Positions 63,538 through 64,000 of a stretch of DNA of 64,000 bases are shown here, one piece after another. A model generated the notes under the pieces. It worked only from the letters and a program-made list of their open reading frames with translations, was not told where the DNA came from and did no database searches. Source of the DNA: Paraspadella gotoi (Eukaryota; Animalia; Chaetognatha); NCBI GenBank assembly GCA_051294375.1, contig CM119266.1, forward strand, positions 22,419,114 through 22,483,113. Reading direction: 5' to 3'. How positions within the stretch are numbered: position 1 is the stretch's first letter; each line of letters begins with the position of its first letter. Made by a program: the position numbers and the translations under genes.

Positions 63538-64000
63538 ATGTGCCATTTTATTTTTGATTTCTAATGCTTTATATCTTTAAACCTATTGCATTATTTTTCA
63601 TGAGAAATGAATAAATTTCTCCAAATTCGAGAGTAAGACTCGCGAAAGAGGAGCGAAAGGAGAGATGAGAAAGAAAGAGAAGGAAGAGAATCCCTTCCTT
63701 GTCGCCGGCGAAGACGAGCCGCATCAGTGAGCGGAACTTACTCGCCGCCGTAGGAAAGTCGCGACGACTGAGTCGCGGATGGACGCAAATCAGCGTCGAG
63801 GATAGTGGAGGGGAAAGTCAACCATATGCCTCCCTCTCTCTATCTCTCTCTCTCTCTCTCCTCTCTCAGTCTCATCTCTCTCTCTCCATCTCTCATCTCT
63901 AAACTCCGCTTGAACGACCTTAACCAACGCCCGCGAACGTCGACGCGTACTAAATATATAAACGAATATTGATAAATATTCTTCAATCGTAATACTAAAT

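Overview
AT-rich, microsatellite-laden animal genomic DNA from a draft, gap-filled assembly: N gaps, near-duplicate segments differing mainly in homopolymer length, and garbled patches. Two things stand out. (1) The 3' five exons of a minus-strand Hox3-class homeobox gene (55396-61509). They begin with the homeodomain end RRMKYKKEQK, finish with the Hox3 C-terminal signature PKLTHL*, and encode an unusually long polyQ/H/A/G tail. A Penelope-type minimal hammerhead ribozyme motif lies in sense in the last intron. (2) About 11-25 kb downstream on the + strand are three tandem, diverged paralogues of an unrecognised signal-peptide + cysteine-patterned ectodomain + C-terminal TM family (30781-44281). 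They are only ~220-270 bp apart, each has a splice acceptor just before its ATG (candidate trans-spliced operon), and the third carries a C-terminal MYND-type zinc finger. The rest is non-coding DNA with MITEs, a tRNA-derived repeat with Helentron-like ends, hAT and Penelope remnants, satellites and candidate cis-regulatory motifs. Gene models were built by hand from splice sites, phase and paralogue alignment; no database search was possible.
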